Made by a program: the position numbers and the translations under genes
IMG/VR virus record: IMGVR_UViG_3300025674_000016
Location: 91,703 to 155,702 of that record
DNA: 64,000 nt
Source: a virus
Direction: 5' to 3' (one strand)
In this document: positions 9,888 through 20,463 of the stretch, in pieces
Numbering within the stretch: the first letter of the stretch is position 1
Layout: each line of letters begins with the position of its first letter
Notes under the pieces: model-generated
What the model saw: only the letters and a program-made list of their open reading frames with translations
The model's database searches: none
What the model was told of the DNA's origin: nothing

Positions 9888-12443
9888 ATGAGTGATCCTT
9901 TTAGCCAAGATGAATTAGATAGAATTAATGAAGCAGTTCAACAAAAGATTGAACTCATAAAGCAGACCAATATCTATAAAGAGCAATTAAAAAACGTCAA
10001 CAATCAACATGAAAAACAAATCCTCAATTTAAATGTTGAAAAACAAGCTTTTCAAGAGATACTCCAAATGGAGATTGATAGAGTAAAAGCAAGTGCTCAG
10101 GGCGGCAGACTCAATCAACAGCAAATAGAAACCATACAGCATCTAAAAAGAGAACAGTCTCGCCTTAATGGTGTTTTAAACCAAACAGTAGAACTTGAAA
10201 GACAGCGGTTGGAGGCTCTAAAAGAGTCAGAAGCAGCGGCAGAGCAAGTTGTTAAACAAATAGCTGTTGCAACGCTTGGTATGAAAAAGTTCGAAGATAC
10301 CTTTTTAGGTACTTTATCCAAGGCGGATTTTGCTTCTTTATCAAAAAAAATGGGAGAGTATTTTACTCTTCAAAACATTGGATATACAGCAATTGAAAAG
10401 GTTGCGTTTGAAACCTTCAATCTTGCAAGAGAGCAGGAGTCAGCCATAACTGCTTTTAAAATAGCAACAGCCGCAGGGGATAAATATAATGATCTGCTTA
10501 TAAGTTCTCAAATGCAATTAAGAACATTTGGTGTTTCAATGGAGGACACCGCAGATGCCGTTGCAGATTTATATGAAAACACATCTCTATTCACAGAGAT
10601 GTCAGAAAGATCTAAAAAAGTTTTAGTAGAAAATGTGGCTTTATTGGATAAGTTTGGTGTAGATGGCGCTAAAGATATTGAATTTTTAACAAAAGCTCTA
10701 GGAATGAATGCCGATCAGGCTGCAATGGTCACAAGGGATCTAGTCGGTATGTCCAGGGCGATAGGCTTGCCAGCGAAAACTGTCATGAGGGAATTTGGGC
10801 CAGCAATGTCAAAGCTTGCTGCTCATGGTGAAGATTCAATAAAAATTTTCAAAGGCATGGCAGCAGCAGCAAAAGCAACCGGTGTTGAAATAAACACCCT
10901 TATAGGTTTGGCCGGTCAGTTTGATACATTTGAAGATGCAGCGCAAAGCGTAGGAAAATTAAACGCAATCCTTGGTGGGCCTTATCTAAACTCAATTGAA
11001 ATGATAAAGGCCAGCGAAGAAGACAGAATAAGAATGCTAATTGAATCAATAAATCTGTCAGGCAGATCTTTTGAGGATTTGAGCAGATACGAGAGAAAGG
11101 CGGTTGCTTCTGCGGCAGGCATAACTAACATGGCCGAAGCAAACAAAATATTCAATACAAGCTTAGAGGCATATGATATAGCACAGTTTAAAGCTCAACA
11201 GGCAAAAATGTCTCAAGAAGAATTTAAAGAAGCAACAAGAGGGCTGATGAGTCTTTTTGAAAAGTTAAAGCAAATTGCCGCTAATTTTGCAGTTTCCATG
11301 AGACCAGTTATTGATGTCTTTATACAAGCAGCAGACGCAATTTTGGAATTTCAAGAAAACATGGGCGAGTCTTTTGGAATGACTGTCTTGATCGGAGGGG
11401 CAATTTTAATGCTTGTTGGCAGTTTTACTGCTATTATTGGTTCTGTTTTGGCATTCGGTCTTGCCTTAGCAGGCACTTTAGTTACCATGTTTACCTTTGG
11501 GTTATTTGCTCCCAAAATAGGCAAAGGACTTTCTGCTATTTCCACCGGAATGCTCAAGGTATCAGCATCAGCGATTGGCCTTGGAGCAGCAACGCTTTTG
11601 TTTGGTGCCGGTATAGGTTTGGCCGCAACCGGCTTGGCTGCCTTTGTAAGCTCTTTTTCTTTGCTTGACAAAGATCAACTAATTGCTGTAAAAGAAATTT
11701 TATATGACTTTGCAATCGCTGTTGGTGTATTGACTGTTGGTATGGTTGCGGCAGTTGCAGTTATCGCTATGTTTAGTGGTCTTGCGCCGAAGCTTGCAAT
11801 AGGTGTTGCTATAGTGTTTGGACTGGCGCTTGCATTTGCTGCTGTCGCTACAAGTGTTGGAATAGCAGCAGCAGGAATATCCTTGATAGGGTTTAGCGTT
11901 GCCTCCTTGGTAAAGGAGTTGAATAAAGAAAAAGCAATAGAAAATTTAAATCAACTTGGAGCTACCTTGGGCACAATGGCCCTCAAATCCCTCTATATAG
12001 TTCCTGGTATTATAGCCATAACTGCCGCCGTTGCCAGACTAGGCGTTGCCCTTAAAAAGATGGTAGACGATGTTGGTTTAGATGAAATGAAAACACTAGT
12101 AGATCTATTAGAAAATATTGATAAATTTAGTGGAGGCTCCGTTTCAGTAGCTTCTCCAAAGGGAGGCGCAACACCATCATCACCATTCACCAACATGGCA
12201 AGCGCAGTGTCAGGACTAACAAAAGAAAAGGTCGATCAAGCGGAAAGGCTTGTTGGAGTTGCGAAAACATTTAATATTTCAAATAACAACTTTAGTGCGA
12301 CCCAATCAGACAATTTTAAAAATAGTTTAGGCCCTCTTGCCACAGCAAAAGAAGTTTCTTTAGAAATAGACGGAGATCAATTTGCTAGGATTGTGGCTCC
12401 GTATATTGGAAAAAGATTAAATATTAAAGCAAGAATGAAATAG
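9888..12443 (+). CDS. Tape measure protein
   Basis: 851 aa helical Ala-rich protein with a long hydrophobic segment, downstream of tube and chaperone genes. Confidence 0.8.
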   Translation: MSDPFSQDELDRINEAVQQKIELIKQTNIYKEQLKNVNNQHEKQILNLNVEKQAFQEILQMEIDRVKASAQGGRLNQQQIETIQHLKREQSRLNGVLNQTVELERQRLEALKESEAAAEQVVKQIAVATLGMKKFEDTFLGTLSKADFASLSKKMGEYFTLQNIGYTAIEKVAFETFNLAREQESAITAFKIATAAGDKYNDLLISSQMQLRTFGVSMEDTADAVADLYENTSLFTEMSERSKKVLVENVALLDKFGVDGAKDIEFLTKALGMNADQAAMVTRDLVGMSRAIGLPAKTVMREFGPAMSKLAAHGEDSIKIFKGMAAAAKATGVEINTLIGLAGQFDTFEDAAQSVGKLNAILGGPYLNSIEMIKASEEDRIRMLIESINLSGRSFEDLSRYERKAVASAAGITNMAEANKIFNTSLEAYDIAQFKAQQAKMSQEEFKEATRGLMSLFEKLKQIAANFAVSMRPVIDVFIQAADAILEFQENMGESFGMTVLIGGAILMLVGSFTAIIGSVLAFGLALAGTLVTMFTFGLFAPKIGKGLSAISTGMLKVSASAIGLGAATLLFGAGIGLAATGLAAFVSSFSLLDKDQLIAVKEILYDFAIAVGVLTVGMVAAVAVIAMFSGLAPKLAIGVAIVFGLALAFAAVATSVGIAAAGISLIGFSVASLVKELNKEKAIENLNQLGATLGTMALKSLYIVPGIIAITAAVARLGVALKKMVDDVGLDEMKTLVDLLENIDKFSGGSVSVASPKGGATPSSPFTNMASAVSGLTKEKVDQAERLVGVAKTFNISNNNFSATQSDNFKNSLGPLATAKEVSLEIDGDQFARIVAPYIGKRLNIKARMK

Positions 12444-12460
12444 TGGGAGTTTAAAAGCAA

Positions 12461-13936
12461 ATGCCAAGTTATAGAGATCCAGGCGATTTTTCTTTTCTAA
12501 AAAAATGTGATTTAAAAATAAGGTTTACCCACCTTTCATCGGGCAGGCACGCTCATTTTTTGGGAGCCGTAACGGACCTTAAAGATCAATATACATCAAT
12601 TTGGAACGAAGAGCCGGTATACGGAAGAATGGATCCCATAGCAACATTCCAGAGAACTGGAAGAAAAATAAGTTTAAGCTGGCAAATATTAAATGAAAAC
12701 AAAAGAGTTGGCGAGCAAAACATGATCGAGATTCAAAGACTTATAAGCTTTCTTTATCCCAATTATTATAATTCTAGCAATAATGCAAGTACAATTGCTG
12801 GTGGGCCTCTCTTAGCTTTAAAATACACAAACTTGGTTAGTCAAGCAGCGAATCCCGGCGGCCTTATAGGCTATCTTGATGGTTTTACATTTGATCCTCA
12901 AATGGATTCTGGTTTCGCAAACACAGAAGGTGAAAATCTTATTCCAACAGTTATAAACGCTAGTATAAACTTTACTGTGCTTCATACACACAAGCTTGGC
13001 TGGAGGGGGGCCAAAAGAAGAGTGGCGCAGTTCCCTTATGGTATAGCGAGCCAAATAGATAAAAAGGCAGATGATGATGCACAAGCGGCAGAAAACTTGG
13101 CCCAGAAGGCCGCAGAAGACGCGGCGAAGGCAGCGAAGGCAGCGGCTGAGCTTGCAGAAAAAGCAAGACAGGCAAACTTGGCAGCGAAGCAGGGAGAAAA
13201 TGCTCTTAATGAACAAACTATAAATGGCGAAGACCCCGCCCAAAGTGCAGCAGGGGCACAATCAGAAGGATTAAGATTTACGGATGGCGAAGGCGCTCTT
13301 GCCGCACTTCACGAGGAGATGATGCGGACCGACATGGATTATTTCTTGAAGCAGTCAGGTATTGACGGCTTGAGCGATGAAGAGGCCATGGCCGCCATCG
13401 GGGAGGGCGGCTTCTTGGCCGAAGCCGCCGATGCTCAAATAGCAAAAATTAAGCGACAGCAGGCGATGGCCAAGGCGGCGGCGGCCAGAGCAGAACAAGA
13501 AAGAAAACAAGCGGAAGAAAGAGCCAGAGAAGAGCGCGCTAAAGAATTCTATGAAGGCAAAGACCCATTCGGCAGAGACCCAGTCGTGTCAGACGAAGAA
13601 CTCCAGGAAGCAAGAGGAGACGCTCTTGGTCAAATTTATGATGAAACAATTACGCCCCTTGTTCAACCCGTTGTTGGGGCACTCGAAGGACAAAAAAAAG
13701 AAGAAGAATACCAAGATTGGGAAAACGAATACAACAGCGCTCGAAGAGACGGGGCTTCAGTTGAAGAATCCATCAAAATTGCTGGTGAGCGTGTCGTCGG
13801 GTACGTTGACGATGAGGATGATGCATCATCCTCGTCCCCAAGTGGCACTAATTATTACCCATCAGACCCTCAGTCTAAAGTCATATTCTATGACGACGGG
13901 ACCGGCGGGCAGAGTCGTATAGATGATCAGGATTAG
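12461..13936 (+). CDS. Baseplate/tube-initiator-like protein with a long low-complexity C-terminal extension
   Basis: W.EE.VYGRMDPI.TF..T.R.I.L.W N-terminal domain; position after tape measure. Confidence 0.55.
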   Translation: MPSYRDPGDFSFLKKCDLKIRFTHLSSGRHAHFLGAVTDLKDQYTSIWNEEPVYGRMDPIATFQRTGRKISLSWQILNENKRVGEQNMIEIQRLISFLYPNYYNSSNNASTIAGGPLLALKYTNLVSQAANPGGLIGYLDGFTFDPQMDSGFANTEGENLIPTVINASINFTVLHTHKLGWRGAKRRVAQFPYGIASQIDKKADDDAQAAENLAQKAAEDAAKAAKAAAELAEKARQANLAAKQGENALNEQTINGEDPAQSAAGAQSEGLRFTDGEGALAALHEEMMRTDMDYFLKQSGIDGLSDEEAMAAIGEGGFLAEAADAQIAKIKRQQAMAKAAAARAEQERKQAEERAREERAKEFYEGKDPFGRDPVVSDEELQEARGDALGQIYDETITPLVQPVVGALEGQKKEEEYQDWENEYNSARRDGASVEESIKIAGERVVGYVDDEDDASSSSPSGTNYYPSDPQSKVIFYDDGTGGQSRIDDQD

Positions 13937-13984
13937 AGAAAATTATTACCCTAAGCACCCCGAAGACGAGTAGAGTGAATTATA

Positions 13985-14308
13985 ATGAGATATGATAACA
14001 AATTAACATTAATAAATAACAATATTAGGTATAGAAATAAGTTTCTCAAAAAAGGAGTTAACTTTATCGAATATCAACAAGTGCCAGATATAAGATTGCC
14101 TCCCGCAGCAGACCTAGATATCATAACCCATACCTGGGTATCTGGCGATAGGCTTTACAAGCTAGCAAGCAAATACTACGGCGATCCTGAACTCTGGTGG
14201 GTTATTGCGTTTTATAATGCCAAGCCAACTGAATCTTATTATTCTTATGGATCTATTGTTGAAATACCACTACCCTTAGATAGGGTCTTAGAACAGATGG
14301 GGTACTGA
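13985..14308 (+). CDS. LysM-like baseplate wedge protein (gp53-like)
   Basis: GDRL.KLA.KYYGDP.LWWVIA..N motif. Confidence 0.8.
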   Translation: MRYDNKLTLINNNIRYRNKFLKKGVNFIEYQQVPDIRLPPAADLDIITHTWVSGDRLYKLASKYYGDPELWWVIAFYNAKPTESYYSYGSIVEIPLPLDRVLEQMGY

Positions 14309-14309
14309 T

Positions 14310-17276
14310 ATGTCTGATCCTCCAAGTTCAAAACCAACAAAAGACGAAAGAGAAAAAGAAAAACAAGAAGGCGGTGGCAAAAAAAAAGACCCTTTTGTAG
14401 AAAAAGATCAGACCGCAGAAGACGCACAATTAAGGGTCAACAAGCAATGCTTTCTTGTTAGAAATATAGAAGCTCTTATTGGGGCGCAAGCAGCAGCAAG
14501 AGCCGAAGGATACAAGCATTTTTCTTGTGTTACAGGCCCACCAATGGAAATAACAAATGAGCTTGTTTCCGTTAAAGGGCTAGACAAAATGTTCGGCCTT
14601 ACAACAGCCCAGCACGCAGTCTTGCAACCTAGAATACGTTTATATTTAATAAAAAATGGAACAATCATAGAACTGCCATTTGACGCAAGTTTATCACCCG
14701 GAGTGCATACACAAAGGGCAATTTCTGATATGGTCAAATCTTCTAATTTTAGAGGTTATGGAGCAGGAATAAAAAGCTTTTCTTATGAACTAGCAGGCAT
14801 TGACCCGGACACAGCAGATAGACTAATAAATGCAAAATTAACTCTATACTTTAAAACTATTGCAGACTTGTTCCACCCTAGAAATAGCGGCGGAATGTCC
14901 AAGAGCAGACCTTTTCAATACGCAGATTTAATAAACATGAATAAAGCCTCTCTTGCGCCAAAACGGGGAAGAAAAGGCGAGAAAACAATAGCCGATGATG
15001 AAGATAGATATGAATTAAAAGCAGTTGTTGGATGGGGCGATCCCCCTGTTGGGCACCCTTTATTTCCAAAAGCAATAAGAAAATCAATACAAGGTGCAAA
15101 AGCAACATTTTCACTTCAACTTATAGACCATACGATCAAGTATAATCAGGACGGCACTCTTGAGCTAGACATTGATTATATGGCTTCTATTGATTATATT
15201 CTTTCAACTTCTGATTTAGATATTTTCTGGTTACCAGAAACAAACAAAGCAACAGATTTGCAAACAAAAATACAAACAAAAAGAGATGAGCTTTTGCAGT
15301 CTGATCAAGAGCTTGAAAGGCTTATGAATGTGAAGAGAGACGGTGCAATACCAGCGGGTGCGTCTACACCTACTGCCGCTGGTAATCAGCCGGATACACA
15401 GCAGGATGTAATAGCAAGGCATGAAGATAGAAAAAAACAATTAATAGAAGAAGCAGAAGGTTTAGTGGAACAGCTAGATCAATTAGTAAGATTAAGAAAA
15501 ACAATTGCTTACAGTAGAATAACCGATGGTCTTTTGGAAACAGAGGGCATTCTTAAATGTATAGAAGTGTTTCCATCACAATTGGGAGTTGTTGGTGGTA
15601 GAGTGCTAAGGACAGAAAGCATTGTAAAGGGAAACAAGAAAAAGCCGATAGCACAACAAGACAAAGAAGAAAAAGCTAATGCAAAAAAAATACAAGAAAC
15701 CGCGCAGCCAGCATCAGAAGAAGAAAGAAAAGAAATGAAAGAAAGAATGGACGGTGTAAATAAAGACGCTGCTGATGATGGAAAGCTAACGGCTAGTAAA
15801 TTAAAAGGCAACCAAAAAAAACACGTTCAATCTTCTAAGAAGCCAAGCAAAAAACCAAATGGAAAAATAAAAATATTTTATTTCTTTCTAGGGGACTTAA
15901 TTGATATTGTTTTAAGAATTTTAAAATCAGAAGTTGATGGGCAAAAAAATAAAGCAGCAATAGAAACTTTAGAGAGGGTTATTGTTATGATGGGGCCTGC
16001 CGTGCTGAAAGACTCCAGAAGAAGTTCTGGCCTTTTAAAAGTAGGAAACTTAGCAGATATACCTATATCCTATGACTTGTTTGAAAATTGGTTTATTTAT
16101 AATGTTATTAGGCCGCAAAAAGAAACCTATTACTTTAAAAAGTTTGTTATTGATATAATGGATAATTTAATTTCCCCTGTTCTTGGTAGTGGGTGTTATT
16201 CTGGTGAAAGACAAAAAGGAAGAGTTGCATCTATACCCTTAACAGTGCCTAAATTGTCTGGTGGGGGGCCAAGAGTGCCAGTAAGATCAAGGTGTAGCAT
16301 TGCAGGCTTAAAAAACAAGAAAATGTCAAAAACTGGTTTGGGATCTGAGATTGGAACAAGCAGTATAAGAGAATCTAACGATTATTTGTATTTTTATATG
16401 CGCGATAACAATGTAAAGCGCAGGCAAGCAGATTATAAAAAAGACATTAAAAAGGGAATATACCATCTTAGAATCGGTCAAGAAAATGGATTAGTCAAAT
16501 CTGTAGAATTTGAAAAAACAGATATACCTTTCCTGAAGGAACACAGAGTAACTGCTGATGGTGAACATCCAAATGGTTTTTTAAGAGAGAAATATGATGC
16601 AAAAATTAAAATGGTTGGAAACTCTTTTTTTATTCCTGGTCAATATGTCTATATAGCCCCCACAGTGCCAGGATATGATGTAAATAAAAAAATTGGTAAA
16701 ATAAAACAACCAACAAAACAACTTTTGCAAAATTTAGGATTTGGGGGATACTATCTTGTGACCAAGGTTTTTCATAATATATCCCCAGAATCTTATGTAA
16801 CAGAACTTGTTTGCCGATGGGAGTCTTTCGGGGAATCCACAGCAAAAGATATTCAGTCTTATTATGAGAGAATTGAAGATATCAATAATTGCAAAGCGGG
16901 CGCGGCAGAAGCCGCAAGCTCATTTGATTATTCAGAAGTCTTGGACGAGCAATTGCAAAATCTTAATGATGCAGCAGGGAGAACTATATATCAAAACGTA
17001 GGAGAAGCTGTCAAGGATGCGGCGGGCGTGGTGACGCAGGGCGCCGCCTCAGTCGTTGCAGGTTATATACCACCAGGAGCTGCTAGAACCATTGTATTAG
17101 GTATCCTAGGTGCAGGCCAAAGCGTTGTCAATCAGGGTGTAGATGATGCCGTTGACGCTGCACCAGGAGTAATGGACGCAGTTTCGGAACTTGGAGACGA
17201 TATTACTGGGGCGGCTGTGGAGGCCGGTCGGGAGTTTTTTAACCAATTTTTTGACCCAGAAGGAGACGATCAATGA
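14310..17276 (+). CDS. Large baseplate hub-like structural protein
   Basis: Synteny; C-terminal I.M.GN..F.PG..VYI...G.GGYY.V.KV.H.I....Y.T.L hub-type pattern. Confidence 0.55.
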   Translation: MSDPPSSKPTKDEREKEKQEGGGKKKDPFVEKDQTAEDAQLRVNKQCFLVRNIEALIGAQAAARAEGYKHFSCVTGPPMEITNELVSVKGLDKMFGLTTAQHAVLQPRIRLYLIKNGTIIELPFDASLSPGVHTQRAISDMVKSSNFRGYGAGIKSFSYELAGIDPDTADRLINAKLTLYFKTIADLFHPRNSGGMSKSRPFQYADLINMNKASLAPKRGRKGEKTIADDEDRYELKAVVGWGDPPVGHPLFPKAIRKSIQGAKATFSLQLIDHTIKYNQDGTLELDIDYMASIDYILSTSDLDIFWLPETNKATDLQTKIQTKRDELLQSDQELERLMNVKRDGAIPAGASTPTAAGNQPDTQQDVIARHEDRKKQLIEEAEGLVEQLDQLVRLRKTIAYSRITDGLLETEGILKCIEVFPSQLGVVGGRVLRTESIVKGNKKKPIAQQDKEEKANAKKIQETAQPASEEERKEMKERMDGVNKDAADDGKLTASKLKGNQKKHVQSSKKPSKKPNGKIKIFYFFLGDLIDIVLRILKSEVDGQKNKAAIETLERVIVMMGPAVLKDSRRSSGLLKVGNLADIPISYDLFENWFIYNVIRPQKETYYFKKFVIDIMDNLISPVLGSGCYSGERQKGRVASIPLTVPKLSGGGPRVPVRSRCSIAGLKNKKMSKTGLGSEIGTSSIRESNDYLYFYMRDNNVKRRQADYKKDIKKGIYHLRIGQENGLVKSVEFEKTDIPFLKEHRVTADGEHPNGFLREKYDAKIKMVGNSFFIPGQYVYIAPTVPGYDVNKKIGKIKQPTKQLLQNLGFGGYYLVTKVFHNISPESYVTELVCRWESFGESTAKDIQSYYERIEDINNCKAGAAEAASSFDYSEVLDEQLQNLNDAAGRTIYQNVGEAVKDAAGVVTQGAASVVAGYIPPGAARTIVLGILGAGQSVVNQGVDDAVDAAPGVMDAVSELGDDITGAAVEAGREFFNQFFDPEGDDQ

Positions 17277-18427
17277 GTGATATGCCAAAAGGTGAAAATG
17301 GTTTATCTTCAAGAAGTATGCATATACAAAGAAGAAAGTTTGTTAGGAAAGCATATCCTTTGCTAGATAAAAGAAATGGAATTGATTTATGGTATGGTCC
17401 AAAATCTTTATATGGTAAGGTTAACACCAGAAACGTACCTCAATTATTATCAGAAACAAATTTAAAAAGTATTCTTTCTTCTCCTGAGTTGTTTGCTGTG
17501 GATTTTGTTGTCGATGCTTTTGAAGATTTAAGAAGATTTATTTCAAGAGCTTCTCGCAGACGTGTTATTTTTGCACAAGATAGTTTTATGGGGCTCATGA
17601 ATGCCAAGTTAGCTTGGCGCAGCGCCAGAGAAGAATATGATCAGCATATAAGAGATATACACGAAGTTTTTGTTAGCAGTTACTTGATTCATAAAAATAG
17701 AAGTTATAAAATTTTAACTATTGAAGATTTTCTTGATTTATATATTGATCATGCTAGAACAATAGGTAGAATGAGCCCTATAACTTTTGGAGGATATATA
17801 AAATCTAAATATGTAAATCATGCTATTTCTGGCTTAATAATAGAATTAAATACATTTTCATATGACAATGATAGTTTAAAATTTAAAAGATTTTATGAAA
17901 GCGATCATTTTAATTTTTATCAAAATGCAGCAAGAAAACATGGGTTTAGAGTTGATTACAATAGTCCTTGGAGATTGGTTGCTGATATAACAAGCCCAGA
18001 GATGCAAAAATATATGAGCAATTACAGAGTAAACAATCCAGAAGAATTATTCTTTGATTATTATTATGATGCTTATAGGCTTGAAGTTTATATGATTAAA
18101 AAATACCTAGTACAATTTTATAATGATTATGCCAGTGGCAATCCTATTGTTAAGAGAGTTGTATCTGGCAGGTTTGACAGGCCAGAGATTAAAGCTAAAA
18201 TAAAGTATAGACAACAAATAAAAGAAAGTGAGGTTGATGAAAAATATAGTAACTTATTTTGGCTTAAGTTTTATCTTGATCTTAGAGAGGCAGAACTTTC
18301 TAAACCCATGACAAGACAATCTAAAAATAAGAAAATCATGGAAATGGCGCACATCATGAAAACGCTTGACTTCACCAGAGCTTTGGACTATATTAACCGA
18401 GAGTTGATGATTCTAGAGCGAGGTTAA
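17273..18427 (+). CDS. Hypothetical protein at the end of the structural operon
   Basis: 384 aa ORF coupled to the upstream gene (ATGA overlap). Confidence 0.6.
   Translation: MSDMPKGENGLSSRSMHIQRRKFVRKAYPLLDKRNGIDLWYGPKSLYGKVNTRNVPQLLSETNLKSILSSPELFAVDFVVDAFEDLRRFISRASRRRVIFAQDSFMGLMNAKLAWRSAREEYDQHIRDIHEVFVSSYLIHKNRSYKILTIEDFLDLYIDHARTIGRMSPITFGGYIKSKYVNHAISGLIIELNTFSYDNDSLKFKRFYESDHFNFYQNAARKHGFRVDYNSPWRLVADITSPEMQKYMSNYRVNNPEELFFDYYYDAYRLEVYMIKKYLVQFYNDYASGNPIVKRVVSGRFDRPEIKAKIKYRQQIKESEVDEKYSNLFWLKFYLDLREAELSKPMTRQSKNKKIMEMAHIMKTLDFTRALDYINRELMILERG
18366..18394 (+). promoter_or_regulatory. sigma70-type promoter for the replication block
   Basis: TTGACT-N17-TATATT. Confidence 0.65.
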
Positions 18428-18429
18428 AC

Positions 18430-19611
18430 GTGCTTTTCCAAACACTCGATGACAAGAAAGAATGCGTTGGCATCTACGCAAACAACGAGATCCAAAACAC
18501 AATTCCAACAGGCATAACAAAAACCTGGTCATATGCTGGATATCTGGAAGATCTCCAGATTGAGTATGCCAGTCTATACTGCGACGGTAAACCCATAAGC
18601 CAAGTTGTGCCAGAACACTTGCAGCAAGAATGGGCCGAGATCAGCGCCAAGATGAAAGCTTTTTTTAAAGCATTTACAACAGCAAAAATCGACTTAAAAC
18701 TGGTTTGCTTCTATGACATGGTGCCACGAGACGTTCTGCTTGAATGGTGCGATTTAAAGTCGAAAATCTGCGACTACATCTTTGAAAATTATGAAAGACC
18801 AGCCAACTATGAGTTCTTGGTCGAGCTAACCAAGCTAACTGAAAAGATTAAATACCAACAAGTCAATATTGACTTATCAGCAATAAGCTCTCCGCTTGAG
18901 TCTTATCGCTCTAGGTCTTTTATCAACAAGATGAAAAAGGTAAATCCCTTTATCGAGTACAATATCTTTGGAAGCGTTACTGGCAGGCTAAGCACAAAGC
19001 CAAATAGCTTTCCTATCATGACGATGGATAAGAAGTATAGAAAAATAGTTAAGCCTCACAATGATTGGTTTGTGGAACTGGACTTTAATGCTGCTGAGTT
19101 GCGAACTTTTATTGCTCTTAACAAAAGAGATCAGCCTCAAGAGGATTTGCACGAGTGGAACATAAAAAATATCTTTAGGGGTTTCGGCACTCGTGAGGAA
19201 GCCAAGACAAGATTGTTTGCTTGGCTCTATAATCCCAAGTCAGAGGACTATCTGCTCAACAGAGAGTATGATCGAGATGCGATTATTAATGAATATTTCG
19301 ATGGAACCCATGTAAGCACGCCTTATGAGAGAAAAATCAGGGCAATACCAAAAAATGCCCTGAATTACTTGATTCAAAGCACTTCAAGCGACTTATTCTT
19401 GAGGCAAGTTATAAAAATAAACAAGCTTCTGCAAGATAGGGCTAGCTTTATAAGTTGGACCCTTCATGATTCTGTTATGATCGACTTAAAAGATGAAGAT
19501 AAGCCCATTTTAAAAGAAATCATAGCTCAGTTTGGTGATACTGACTTTGGAAAATACTTGGTTAACGTGTCTGCTGGCAAAAACTTTGGAGATTTAAAGA
19601 AAATCAAATGA
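18430..19611 (+). CDS. Minimal family A DNA polymerase-like protein
   Basis: TGRLS; motif A ELDFNAAELR; motif B R..AK..LFAWLY; NYLIQST; motif C LHDS. Confidence 0.8.
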   Translation: MLFQTLDDKKECVGIYANNEIQNTIPTGITKTWSYAGYLEDLQIEYASLYCDGKPISQVVPEHLQQEWAEISAKMKAFFKAFTTAKIDLKLVCFYDMVPRDVLLEWCDLKSKICDYIFENYERPANYEFLVELTKLTEKIKYQQVNIDLSAISSPLESYRSRSFINKMKKVNPFIEYNIFGSVTGRLSTKPNSFPIMTMDKKYRKIVKPHNDWFVELDFNAAELRTFIALNKRDQPQEDLHEWNIKNIFRGFGTREEAKTRLFAWLYNPKSEDYLLNREYDRDAIINEYFDGTHVSTPYERKIRAIPKNALNYLIQSTSSDLFLRQVIKINKLLQDRASFISWTLHDSVMIDLKDEDKPILKEIIAQFGDTDFGKYLVNVSAGKNFGDLKKIK

Positions 19612-20426
19612 ATATCGTAGGATTAGGCAACACAGGCTGCAATGTAGCCAAAATATTTGAAAACTACCCTCAATATAAGGTCTTCCAGATCGATACAGAA
19701 GAGCGCGAGGGCAAAAATACATTTTTATTCCCTCAATTCGACCACCCAGAGGACTATGAAAGGGGGTGCCCTGATTTAAGCGGGTTTCTTGATATTCAAG
19801 GCGATACTTTTTTTATTTTGGGAGGACCAGGTAGCATTACGGGTGCATCCTTAAGAATATTAGAACAAATTAAGCACTGCAATATTAGCATTATTTATTT
19901 TAAGTCTGATCAGAGCCTCTTATCGAACATAGGGCAACTTCATCAAAGGGCTACCTTTCATATTCTACAAGAGTACACCAGATCAGGCGTGTTCAAAGAG
20001 ATTTTTTTGCTTGACAACCAAGTGATCTCTGGTATTATTGGCGATGTTCCGATTGTTGAGTACTACAGCAGGATCAACAACTTGGTTGTGCCGATAATTC
20101 ACTTTATTAATGTGTTTAACAATACAAAACCAGTTATGAGTACCTTTTCAAATTTGGCCGAGACTTCAAAAATAAAAACTCTTTCCATTCTCAACATGGA
20201 AGACGGAACAGAGAAGGCGTTTTTTTCTCTTGACAGCCCAGTTGAATCAAGGTACTATTACGGCATTGGTTCTGAGTCGCTTAAAAACGACTCGACTCTA
20301 AACAACAAAATCAGGAATCAAATGAAGATTAGTGAGGTTAAAACTGGTTTTGGTATCTATGAAACAAGCTACAACTATAACTTTTGTTATGGTGTTCTTT
20401 GTAGCCGAGAGATCGCAACTTTTTGA
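19608..20426 (+). CDS. Divergent tubulin/FtsZ-like (PhuZ-like) protein
   Basis: IVGLGNTGCNVA N-terminus; degenerate signature GGPGSITG; LLDN. Confidence 0.6.
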   Translation: MNIVGLGNTGCNVAKIFENYPQYKVFQIDTEEREGKNTFLFPQFDHPEDYERGCPDLSGFLDIQGDTFFILGGPGSITGASLRILEQIKHCNISIIYFKSDQSLLSNIGQLHQRATFHILQEYTRSGVFKEIFLLDNQVISGIIGDVPIVEYYSRINNLVVPIIHFINVFNNTKPVMSTFSNLAETSKIKTLSILNMEDGTEKAFFSLDSPVESRYYYGIGSESLKNDSTLNNKIRNQMKISEVKTGFGIYETSYNYNFCYGVLCSREIATF

Positions 20427-20434
20427 TTTTTTGC

Positions 20435-20463
20435 TTGACAGGCTGTTTTTGTTCTGTCATACT
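20435..20463 (+). promoter_or_regulatory. sigma70-type promoter of the SSB gene
   Basis: TTGACA-N17-CATACT. Confidence 0.7.

Noticed and set aside
19608-20426. Nucleus-forming (chimallin) phage inferred from the tubulin-like gene
   Set aside because: No chimallin or multisubunit RNAP gene is recognisable in the window, and the structural genes are T4-like rather than phiKZ-like
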